NCBI GenBank assembly: GCA_044341025.1
Contig: JBIISM010000010.1
Location: 16,999-80,998 of the forward strand
Direction: 5' to 3'
DNA: 64,000 bases
Source of the DNA: Bacteroidia bacterium
GTDB lineage: Bacteria; Bacteroidota; Bacteroidia; NS11-12g; UBA955
Shown: in pieces, positions 1-8,414 of the stretch
Layout: the number at the start of each line of letters is the position of its first letter
Numbering within the stretch: position 1 is the stretch's first letter
Translations under genes and position numbers: made by a program
The notes under the pieces: generated by a model
Database searches by the model: none
What the model saw: the letters and a program-made list of their open reading frames with translations, nothing else
Told to the model about the DNA's origin: nothing

Positions 1-1
1 A

Positions 2-2611
2 CTAAAAATAGTTAGTCAAGGGAACTTTCACTCAAAAGGATATATTTTTGATAAAGGCGCTATTTACAATTTAATAATTGGAAGCAGCAATTTAACAGAC
101 TCAGCCCTGAGCTCCAATAAAGAATTGAATATCAAAGTTTCGGGTACACAAATTAGTCCTGTAATTTCTGATGTTATGAATGGTTTCAATAAAGAATTTG
201 ACTCGGCCTCAATTGTCAACGATGATTTTATAGAAAATTATGAAGTTGTTTATAAAAAGCAACTACAAAAAAACAGAGAAATAAAATCAATAATTGATTC
301 GGATGAAAATGTCGTAATTGTTCCAAACAAAATGCAAATTGAAGCCCTTAAAAGCTTAAATAAATTAAGGCAGGAAGGGAAATCAAAAGCAATTCTAATC
401 TCAGCAACAGGAACAGGCAAAACTTTTTTGGGGGCATTTGATGCTAAACAATTTAATGCAAAAAGGCTACTCTTTATCGTGCATAGAGAAACGATTGTTC
501 AGAAAAGTCTTCTTACATTCAAAGCAATATTTGGAGACTCGAGGTCTTATGGATTATATTCTGGCAAGAATTTAGAGATGGATAACGATTTCTTATTTTC
601 CACTATCCAAACCATCTCAAGAGAAAATCATTTAAATAAATTTCAAAAGGATGAGTTCGACTATATTATAATAGATGAGACTCATAGAGTAAGCGCAGAT
701 TCATATCAGGTCGTTTTGGAATATTTCAAACCAAAGTTTCTACTTGGGATGACTGCAACTCCAGAGCGCACGGATAAAAAGGATATTATTAAAGATTTTG
801 ATTATAACATTGCATACGAAATACGTTTAAATCAAGCATTGGAAGAAGAGATGCTGGCACCTTTCCATTACTTTGGTATACATGATATGTATGTTGATGA
901 TAAATTGATTGAGTCAAAAACTGATTTTAACAAATTGATAATACCAGATCGTATTAATCATATTTTAGAAAAAATTGAATTTTATTCCACCGATAATGGT
1001 GTGTTAAGAGGTTTGGTTTTTTGTTCAAGTAAGGATGAATGTAAAGCGATGTCCGAAGAGTTTAATAAAAAAATCTTTAGGGGAAGATATCTCAAAACAA
1101 CTTATTTGAATAGCGACAATAAGGATTTAGTCAATAGGTTAGAAGCGATTGACAAACTTGAATCAAATGACTTGAAAAATAAACTTGATTTAATTTTTAC
1201 TTATGATGTATTCAACGAAGGCGTGGATATTCCAAAAGCTAATTTAGTGGTTTTAATGAGACCAACTCAATCCGCGATCGTTTTTGTTCAACAACTAGGA
1301 AGAGGATTAAGGAAATCTGAAGGTAAAGAATACTTAACCGTATTGGATTTTATAGGTAATTATAAAAATAATTATTTAATTCCAATTGCGCTTTTCGGAG
1401 ATACTTCTTTTCAAAAAGATTCGTTAAGAAAATATATTTTAAATGGAAGTAATTTAATTCCTGGTTCATCTACCATAAATTTTGATGAGATATCAAAGAA
1501 GAAGATTTTTGAGTCTATTAATTCTGCTAACTTTAATTTAAAAAAACAGCTTGATTTGGATTATGGCAATTTAAAAAATAAAATAGGAAAACAACCTATG
1601 ATGTTGGATTTCATTGAAAATGGTGTTCGTGATCCTTTTTTCTATGTGGAATATTCAGATTCTTATTTGAATTATTCTATTGAAATGGAGAAAGATTCGA
1701 ACGTCAAATTGCAAGCAAAAGAGAAAAAAATATTGGAATATTTTTCTTTTGAAATTAATAATGGAAAGCGTGTATTGGAGTCATTCATTTTGAATGTATT
1801 AATTGATGAGCTGCATATAAATATTGATTTATTTAAAACAAAAATAAAAGATCAATATGGTTTTGAAATTTCAGAAGCCGATATATACTCATCAGTAAAT
1901 AATTTGAATCTTGGTTATATAACCGAAAAGAAAGATAAAAACATATTCAGTATTAAAGAAATATATGGTTATAAGTTGTTTGATCTAAATTGGGGAAAAA
2001 ATATAATAAGTAGAGATATCGACTTTGAGTATTGTTTGAAAAATGATGCTTTCAAAAAGTACCTAAAAGATTCTGTATGTTATTCTATCAAACAATTTGA
2101 CAAGAAATTTAAAGAAAGTAAATTTATTAATGGATTTCTTTTATATGAAAAATATTCAAGAAAAGATGTTTTTAGAATATTAAACTGGGAGTCAAAACCT
2201 GTTGAACAGAATGTTGGAGGCTATATGATAAGTAAAGACAAAAAAGATTGTGCATTGTTCGTTAATTATTACAAAGACCCGCAAATTTCAGAAACAACAA
2301 AATATAAAGACTATTTTATAAATCAAGATGAATTCATGTGGATGTCTAAGTCTAAAAGAAATCTTGAGAGTAATGATGTTAAAACTATTCATAATTTTGA
2401 AGACGGTTTACGAATACCTCTTTTTATCAAAAAGTATAAAAAAGAAGGATTGGAATTTTACTTCATGGGAGATCTAACGCCTGTAAAAGAAAGTTTTGAA
2501 ATCGATAGCATTAAAAACGAAGAAGGAGAAATGGTGTCTGTAGTGAAAATTAAATTTCAAATGCAAATCCCAGTCGATGAAAATATTTTTCAATATTTAA
2601 CAACGCAATGA
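2..2611 (+). CDS. PLD-family (HKD) nuclease / SF2 helicase / large C-terminal extension fusion protein, 5'-partial (reading frame is open from the window start)
   Basis: The frame is open upstream of the first ATG at 125. The upstream translation reads ...SQGNFHSKGYIFDKGAIYNLIIGSSNLT, a HxK(x)4D...GSxN PLD/HKD motif. SF2 helicase motifs are visible: ATGTGKT (motif I), DETH (motif II), TATPER (motif III) and QQLGRGLRK (motif VI). About 430 aa follow the helicase core, consistent with a DUF3427-type extension (inference). Confidence 0.75.
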   Translation, partial: LKIVSQGNFHSKGYIFDKGAIYNLIIGSSNLTDSALSSNKELNIKVSGTQISPVISDVMNGFNKEFDSASIVNDDFIENYEVVYKKQLQKNREIKSIIDSDENVVIVPNKMQIEALKSLNKLRQEGKSKAILISATGTGKTFLGAFDAKQFNAKRLLFIVHRETIVQKSLLTFKAIFGDSRSYGLYSGKNLEMDNDFLFSTIQTISRENHLNKFQKDEFDYIIIDETHRVSADSYQVVLEYFKPKFLLGMTATPERTDKKDIIKDFDYNIAYEIRLNQALEEEMLAPFHYFGIHDMYVDDKLIESKTDFNKLIIPDRINHILEKIEFYSTDNGVLRGLVFCSSKDECKAMSEEFNKKIFRGRYLKTTYLNSDNKDLVNRLEAIDKLESNDLKNKLDLIFTYDVFNEGVDIPKANLVVLMRPTQSAIVFVQQLGRGLRKSEGKEYLTVLDFIGNYKNNYLIPIALFGDTSFQKDSLRKYILNGSNLIPGSSTINFDEISKKKIFESINSANFNLKKQLDLDYGNLKNKIGKQPMMLDFIENGVRDPFFYVEYSDSYLNYSIEMEKDSNVKLQAKEKKILEYFSFEINNGKRVLESFILNVLIDELHINIDLFKTKIKDQYGFEISEADIYSSVNNLNLGYITEKKDKNIFSIKEIYGYKLFDLNWGKNIISRDIDFEYCLKNDAFKKYLKDSVCYSIKQFDKKFKESKFINGFLLYEKYSRKDVFRILNWESKPVEQNVGGYMISKDKKDCALFVNYYKDPQISETTKYKDYFINQDEFMWMSKSKRNLESNDVKTIHNFEDGLRIPLFIKKYKKEGLEFYFMGDLTPVKESFEIDSIKNEEGEMVSVVKIKFQMQIPVDENIFQYLTTQ

Positions 2612-2721
2612 GTACTTACTTTTTAATTGGTTTTTGTCCGCCTCCCACTATCAACTTGTTCTTGCGAAAGCCTTTGGTTTAAATATAGTGAAATGGAGTT
2701 CAAATCCAAAAGGCTTTCCCC

Positions 2722-5058
2722 CTAAATAACCTTCACCTCATACTCCCACACCTTCCCATCTTTCAGTGTTACTGTTACCGTCAAAATGGTATCGGCAGGC
2801 AGTGTGCTTGGGCTGATTTCAGGTTCCCACACCAAGGTGTTGAGGCCGTAGCCGTTGTTGATGGCTTCTAGTTTTACAGGGATGTTGTTGCGCAATTGGT
2901 CGTGCATGCTTACCGTTGCCCCTTCAAGGTTGCGGTCTATGGAGAAACTCCATTTTTTGAAGATCAACATGCGTGGGCATTCGCGGGCTGGTGGCCAGGC
3001 AATGTATTGGTTTTTGTATTTTAGGGTATCAACGGTTCTGCTTTGGTCAACAGCCTTGATGACGGTGTAAGACTTGGCGGTTCCTATGCCCATGTATTGT
3101 GCTTTTGGGTACAACAACCAACGGCGGTTGCCCACGCTGGCATGGTTTTGTCCCATAGCAGCGGTAACCGCTATACAAGGGTTGCCGTCTTTCGACAAGA
3201 TTGAATTTTTAAGGGCGTCAAAACCTGCAGGTATATAACAACGCCAGCCTTCGCTTGGGGTATGGCTCATGCTGCGGTTGGCTTCGCACATCAGTGCGGC
3301 ATACATGCAGTATTCGTTGTCTTGAACCGTCAATACAATTTCTTCGCTAAGGCCCGCCATGCGTCTAAAATAGTTGATACGGCGCTCAGCCCTTTGCATC
3401 ACCTCAGCTGGCATGCTGCCTTCCATGCACGAATCGGCATAACCGTTCCATGCGTATTCAGGAACACCGTTTTCGTTTTTTCCCTTAGGGTTCACGCGGC
3501 TTCCAAAGTAATTGAGCTTAAAATCGTTCTCTACTATTTTGCGCCATAGGTCCTCCAATTTCAACACATCGGCATTGGCTTTAGGCATTTCAAAATGCGC
3601 AGCATCCACATTGGTTTGCTTGCGGGTTTGTTGCCAAATATCGCGTGCCAACTTGAAGTCGCCCGAATCGGCAGCTTCGCCAATTAAACGCAAACGGTAG
3701 GTTCTGGCCATAGGAGAAAACTCTAATAATTTCGGAAAGTCCTTCGCTGCAATTTCGTTAAGGTGGATTAAAGGCAATAGGTCGTAATAGCTCGCGCTAG
3801 TTTTGTTGGCCGAAGAAGTATAATCGGCTCTGGTCTTAATGGTTTTAAGCTCTTTAGGATTCAAAGCAATATGGCGTTCCAAAAGGTATTCGGCACATTG
3901 GATGTTTTTTTCAGCGCGCAATAGAGCATTGTAATCTATGGTTTCATGTTGGTCGGCAAAATGGGCTTGGCGTTCTTTGAATTTTGAAGTCACTTCGTAA
4001 AACCAAGTGGCGTAAGTGGCCTCTTTTAATCCAAGGTCTTTAAAATAGTAACGTATTTTGGGCAAGAAGGTAGACTCGTCCATGCCAGCAAAAATGTCAA
4101 ATTTCTGAATGCTAATCAGTTGCTTCGATTTTACTTTGTTGATTTTGCTCTTGGCGTATTTGTCCATCAGCACATCAAACTGGGCTTGCTCGTTGTTGGT
4201 GGCCAAACCATTTAAGAGGAATATAAAAATAGAGTTTTCTCGGTGGTTGAGGAACGAATCGCTGGGGAAGTCTTTCAAACCACGTTCAACGGCGGTGAGG
4301 TAATCGTCACTTGGTGGAATTTGGTCGAGGGTGTAGCGCATCAGCACATAGGTGTAGTCGTTAAGTATGGCGTCGTTGGGCAGGATTTCACGGCCATTTT
4401 TCACCACCACATAGGCAGAATCGTAGGCATTAAGGTCCATGTAATATTTGCACAATTTGCGGAAAGGCTCTTTGTGGTAACCAAATACACGCGAGTTGCT
4501 GTCGAGCACGGCGGCGTATATCATGTCTGCCGATTTTTTAAACAAAGGCACGGCTTCCGATTTTTGATCAAGGTTCCAGTAACAATCGGCTGCCAATACC
4601 ATCGATTGGGTATCGAGGGCAAAGTACATGCTGCGTTTGAACAATGGCAAAGCCTTGGCGTATTTTTTTAAGTTGTACGATTCAATGGCCTCTTTGTTGC
4701 TCAGGCGCACCAAACTGTATAGGTAATCGAGGTTTGCCATTTTAAAGGCATAGTCGTTGTTCTTGTTCTTGCTTACTTCCACAGCTTTTTCTGCAAATTT
4801 TAAGGCATCTTTAATTGCTGCGGGGAATTTGTCGAACATACCTGGGTCTTTGGAAATGGCCAGCATCACTTTCGATCTTAACAAAAGAACTTCTGGGGCA
4901 TTTTTGGTGTCTTTGTGCTCAAGGCATTTGTCCAATAATTTAAGGGCACTTTTGAGATTGCCCCCAGCAAACGCTTTTTCAGCTTTTGAAAAATTTGAGG
5001 TTTGGGCCATGCTGCTCAAGGCAAAAAAGCAGGTTAGAAGTAGTGCGAAGTTTTTCAT
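2722..5058 (-). CDS. secreted TPR-like repeat protein with a C-terminal CAP/SCP/PR-1-like domain
   Basis: The start was moved to the internal ATG at 5058, which gives an N-terminal signal peptide (MKNFALLLTCFFALSSMAQ). The C-terminal region has a CAP-like signature (GQNHASVGNRRWLLYPKAQYMGIG). The long N-terminal region is helical and repeat-like. Confidence 0.6.
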   Translation of the reverse strand: MKNFALLLTCFFALSSMAQTSNFSKAEKAFAGGNLKSALKLLDKCLEHKDTKNAPEVLLLRSKVMLAISKDPGMFDKFPAAIKDALKFAEKAVEVSKNKNNDYAFKMANLDYLYSLVRLSNKEAIESYNLKKYAKALPLFKRSMYFALDTQSMVLAADCYWNLDQKSEAVPLFKKSADMIYAAVLDSNSRVFGYHKEPFRKLCKYYMDLNAYDSAYVVVKNGREILPNDAILNDYTYVLMRYTLDQIPPSDDYLTAVERGLKDFPSDSFLNHRENSIFIFLLNGLATNNEQAQFDVLMDKYAKSKINKVKSKQLISIQKFDIFAGMDESTFLPKIRYYFKDLGLKEATYATWFYEVTSKFKERQAHFADQHETIDYNALLRAEKNIQCAEYLLERHIALNPKELKTIKTRADYTSSANKTSASYYDLLPLIHLNEIAAKDFPKLLEFSPMARTYRLRLIGEAADSGDFKLARDIWQQTRKQTNVDAAHFEMPKANADVLKLEDLWRKIVENDFKLNYFGSRVNPKGKNENGVPEYAWNGYADSCMEGSMPAEVMQRAERRINYFRRMAGLSEEIVLTVQDNEYCMYAALMCEANRSMSHTPSEGWRCYIPAGFDALKNSILSKDGNPCIAVTAAMGQNHASVGNRRWLLYPKAQYMGIGTAKSYTVIKAVDQSRTVDTLKYKNQYIAWPPARECPRMLIFKKWSFSIDRNLEGATVSMHDQLRNNIPVKLEAINNGYGLNTLVWEPEISPSTLPADTILTVTVTLKDGKVWEYEVKVI

Positions 5059-5095
5059 GGTTGAATTATAAACTCTAGGATTGCTCGATTTATTG

Positions 5096-5392
5096 TTATA
5101 GGGTTTCACTTTGAACTTGCACGCTCCAAGCCTCAGCTTTGAATGCAAATTTACTTTTGGTGTCGCGCCAAGTGCTGGCAAATAGCTCTGAGTCGCGGTA
5201 GGCATTAAGATTCTCTTCACTTTGCCAATAGCTGTAAGTAAAAAGAACATTGGTTTGATTGATGTCGGCAAGCAGTGTCAGACCGGCGCAACCTTCACAA
5301 CCGCGTATTTTGTGTTTTACTTCTTCAAAAAGTCTTAAGAAATTGTCTATCTCTTCTGGGCGGAAGGTCATTTTTACAATACGCTGTATCAT
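5096..5392 (-). CDS. small ABM (antibiotic biosynthesis monooxygenase)-fold protein
   Basis: A 98-aa ORF with composition typical of the ferredoxin-like ABM fold. Its start overlaps the upstream gene's stop by 4 nt, which suggests an operon. Confidence 0.45.
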   Translation of the reverse strand: MIQRIVKMTFRPEEIDNFLRLFEEVKHKIRGCEGCAGLTLLADINQTNVLFTYSYWQSEENLNAYRDSELFASTWRDTKSKFAFKAEAWSVQVQSETL

Positions 5393-6123
5393 TGTCTTTC
5401 TATAATAATTTTGGTATCGTCTTTAATTCTGAACAATTGTTTGGCATTGCCCATATTGATTTGCAAACAAAGGTAACCATTGCGGCTAAAGGTGATGATG
5501 GCAGAACCGGGAATGACATCGGTAATGTGTTTGCCAATGCGGTTAAACGATTGGCCAAGGTAATGCTGCATTCGGATTTTGAAATCGGAATTTCCAATGA
5601 ATTCATTGAACTGTGTTTCGGTCAAGTTGAAATAGCAATTTCCAAGTGCATCAATAAAAATGCATTCAGCAAAGGCTATGTCACCGTTAATTTGTACAGA
5701 TTTGTTGTAGCTTAATTTTAATTGAGTACCGGCCTTTGGCAGACCATTCATTTTATTTTTTTTGAAGGCTTCAATACAATTTAGGTACCCACTGCTCGGA
5801 ACCATGTAAACTTCATCTTGATTTAATGTTTCCAAAACCATACCAATGAGTCCGTTGTTGGGAAAAATATACAGATTTTCTTGGTGTACATAAGCCACCA
5901 AATCTTTCTTCGAACCCACCAAGTTTAGGTAGATATTTCCACCCTTCGGGTTTTCGGGTAATTGCTTGCAAATAAAGGCGGCTTCGATGGTGTTATTGAG
6001 CCGTATGCTGTGGGTAATATCGATGATTAAATCCTCGGGAAATTGGGTGTAAATTTCCGACTTCAAAATGCCTATTTTGTAAGAATCTTTTTGTAAATCT
6101 GATATGAATAGTATCGCTGCCAA
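5389..6123 (-). CDS. SAM hydroxide adenosyltransferase-like protein (DUF62 / chlorinase-fluorinase superfamily)
   Basis: The N-terminus MAAILFISDLQKDSYKIGILKSEIY resembles the conserved ITLLTDFG...GVMKGVI start of DUF62 proteins. Length (244 aa) and the two-domain layout are consistent with that family. Confidence 0.5.
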   Translation of the reverse strand: MAAILFISDLQKDSYKIGILKSEIYTQFPEDLIIDITHSIRLNNTIEAAFICKQLPENPKGGNIYLNLVGSKKDLVAYVHQENLYIFPNNGLIGMVLETLNQDEVYMVPSSGYLNCIEAFKKNKMNGLPKAGTQLKLSYNKSVQINGDIAFAECIFIDALGNCYFNLTETQFNEFIGNSDFKIRMQHYLGQSFNRIGKHITDVIPGSAIITFSRNGYLCLQINMGNAKQLFRIKDDTKIIIERQ

Positions 6124-6138
6124 AATTTTGTATATTCG

Positions 6139-7137
6139 TTGGCAAAAATATCCACTTATTCGTCATTAAAAAAAAGTAATTACGCATTGTCTGAAAAAAG
6201 TTATTTAATTGAAGATCTGCACCCCTTAGAAGCCTATGGTGCCAACAATGTTTATCTTGAAAAGATTAAACAAAATTTTCCAAAATTGAGAATTGTAGCC
6301 CGAGGCAACGAGCTAAAAGCCATTGGAGAAGAATCGGAGGTCGATTCACTTTTGCAAAAATTCGCTCAATATGTAAGTCTAATTGAAAAGGGTCGTGAAC
6401 TCAACGACTCCTTGGTTAGAGAAATATTTGGTTCGGGTGCAAGCACTTTAGAAGAATCTCTGAACAACAACACCGATGCCGACAACAACACCATTTTGTT
6501 TGGCAACAATGGCAAGCCGATTAAAGCCCGGACGGCCAACCAAATTCGTTTGGTAAAAGAAATTACAAAGAACGACATTGTTTTTGCCCTCGGACCTGCC
6601 GGTACAGGTAAAACCTACACAGCCGTTGCCGTTGCGGTTAAGGCACTTAAAAACAAAGAAATAAAACGCATTATATTAACCAGGCCAGCGGTTGAAGCAG
6701 GAGAGAGTTTGGGTTTTTTGCCAGGCGATTTAAAAGAAAAGATAGATCCTTATTTAAGGCCATTGTACGATGCCTTAGACGATATGATACCGCCAGATAA
6801 ATTGAAGTTGTATTTGGAAAACCGCACCATAGAGGTAGCGCCTTTGGCCTTCATGCGCGGAAGGACCTTAGACAATTGCTTTGTTATTTTGGATGAGGCG
6901 CAGAATACCACCGATTTGCAAATCAAGATGTTCTTAACCCGCATGGGTCCAAATGCGAAGTTGATTATAACCGGCGATCTAAGTCAGGTTGACTTACCCG
7001 CCAAACAAACTTCAGGATTGTTGAAAGCCACTAGGATACTAGAAAAAATCAATGGTATCAGCATGGTGGTTCTAAACGTCGACGATGTGGTAAGGCACAG
7101 GTTGGTGAAGGATATTATTAAAGCTTATGAAGCTTAG
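6139..7137 (+). CDS. phoH: PhoH-like ATPase
   Basis: Contains ALGPAGTGKTYTAVAVAV...ILTRPAVEAGESLGFLPGDLKEKIDPYLRPLYDAL. The true start may be the in-frame TTG at 6187 (LSEKSYLIEDL...), which would leave a more realistic divergent promoter gap. Confidence 0.85.
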   Translation: MAKISTYSSLKKSNYALSEKSYLIEDLHPLEAYGANNVYLEKIKQNFPKLRIVARGNELKAIGEESEVDSLLQKFAQYVSLIEKGRELNDSLVREIFGSGASTLEESLNNNTDADNNTILFGNNGKPIKARTANQIRLVKEITKNDIVFALGPAGTGKTYTAVAVAVKALKNKEIKRIILTRPAVEAGESLGFLPGDLKEKIDPYLRPLYDALDDMIPPDKLKLYLENRTIEVAPLAFMRGRTLDNCFVILDEAQNTTDLQIKMFLTRMGPNAKLIITGDLSQVDLPAKQTSGLLKATRILEKINGISMVVLNVDDVVRHRLVKDIIKAYEA

Positions 7138-7140
7138 GGG

Positions 7141-7320
7141 ATAGGGGCTAGGTCCCGATAGCTATCGGGATAGGGTTTAGTTTTTTTGTAATACTTCAAG
7201 ATTTCGTTTTTTAATATCAATTCATCCATCTATCGCGTAACGTGACGGAACAGAGTGGAGTCTCCTGTTCTGGGATCAATTTTTCATTTTCTCATTTTCT
7301 CAATTTATCCATCAATTCCA
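7141..7320. repeat. copy of the dispersed composite repeat family: a perfect 18-bp palindrome (TCCCGATAGCTATCGGGA, 7153-7170), a GGGTTTAGTTTTTTT box, the hairpin core (7223-7277) and a TTTCTCA heptamer run
   Basis: Sequence similarity to copies at 13441-13560, 17659-17890, 19690-19900, 57481-57560 and 57841-57956. Confidence 0.65.
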
Positions 7321-7435
7321 GTAATTTGATCACCTTCCTATCCAAATATATGTCCACTACAACAACCCCCTGTTAACAAAAATCGTTTGATTACTTCATA
7401 AAAATCGTATTTTTGTTTTTTATTTTCAGAAAAAT

Positions 7436-8407
7436 TTGACACAAACCATGACTACAAAAGTTGAGAAAGGTTTAATGGCGACGAACTTCTTTGTGAAGGA
7501 TCAGACTGCATTTTACAGAGGGAAAGTTAGAGATGTTTACACCATTAGAGATGCCTATGTTGCAATGGTGGCCTGCGATAGGATTTCTGCGTTTGACCAT
7601 GTTCTTCCGCGCGCTATTCCTCACAAAGGTGAAGTTTTAACCCAGTTGGCGGCCTTCTTTTTGGATGCAACCAAAGACATTATCCCCAATTGGAAATTGT
7701 CGATTCCAGATCCAAATATAACCATGGGACTTAAGTGTGATGCCATTCCCATTGAGATTGTTGTTCGCGGGTATTTGTGCGGACATGCTTGGCGCGTCTA
7801 CAAAACAGGTGAGCGCATGATTTGTGGTGTTCGCATGCCCGATGGCTTAAAAGAGAATGATAAATTCCCTGAACCTCTGATCACTCCTGCAACCAAAGCC
7901 CAAAATGGCCACGACGAAGATGTGAGCTTGGAAGAAATTATTTCAAGAAAAATTTGCAGCAAGAAAATAATCGATCAAATGGCTGAAACTGCCCATAAAT
8001 TATACCAAAGAGGTGTTGATATGGCAGCGGAAAGGGGCTTGATTTTGGTTGATACCAAATATGAATTTGGAATGTACGACAAGAAATTAATTTTAATTGA
8101 CGAAGTACACACTCCAGATTCAAGCCGTTTTTTCTATTTGGATACCTATGCTAAATTACAAAATGCCGGAGAACCTCAAAAACAATTGTCAAAAGAATTC
8201 GTAAGAGAATGGCTGATGGCTGGAGGTTTTCAAGGTTTAGAAGGCGAGTTGATTCCCGATATGACCGATGAGTTTGTGCAAAGTGTCACCGCCCGTTACA
8301 CAGAGCTTTTTGAAGCGATGACCGGACAAAAATTTGTTGGCAGAGACTACACAAACGTTCACGACGCCATGGAGCAAAATATTGCTTCTGCTATTTCAAA
8401 CATTTAA
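7436..8407 (+). CDS. purC: phosphoribosylaminoimidazole-succinocarboxamide synthase (SAICAR synthetase)
   Basis: Contains the GKVRDVY motif and has the overall PurC length and composition. Confidence 0.85.
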   Translation: MTQTMTTKVEKGLMATNFFVKDQTAFYRGKVRDVYTIRDAYVAMVACDRISAFDHVLPRAIPHKGEVLTQLAAFFLDATKDIIPNWKLSIPDPNITMGLKCDAIPIEIVVRGYLCGHAWRVYKTGERMICGVRMPDGLKENDKFPEPLITPATKAQNGHDEDVSLEEIISRKICSKKIIDQMAETAHKLYQRGVDMAAERGLILVDTKYEFGMYDKKLILIDEVHTPDSSRFFYLDTYAKLQNAGEPQKQLSKEFVREWLMAGGFQGLEGELIPDMTDEFVQSVTARYTELFEAMTGQKFVGRDYTNVHDAMEQNIASAISNI

Positions 8408-8414
8408 TTTTTAC

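Noticed and set aside
2855-5071. Plus-strand ORFs (2855-3070, 3262-3549, 3512-3700, 4109-4303, 4243-4671, 4757-5071) antisense to the TPR/CAP gene
   Set aside because: They are entirely embedded antisense to a long, well-supported minus-strand CDS. Their amino-acid composition looks like mirror-frame artefacts, and none has a recognisable motif.
6139-6186. The first 16 codons of the phoH ORF as real coding sequence
   Set aside because: Using the ATG at 6139 leaves only 15 bp between divergent start codons. An in-frame TTG at 6187 would give an N-terminus matching typical PhoH proteins. I kept the ATG coordinates in the feature table but doubt the extension.
7278-7315. TTTCTCA-like heptamer runs as a possible CRISPR array
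   Set aside because: The units are 7 bp, degenerate and contiguous with no unique spacers. They occur at several dispersed loci, and no cas genes are present. They are microsatellite-like parts of the composite repeat, not CRISPR.
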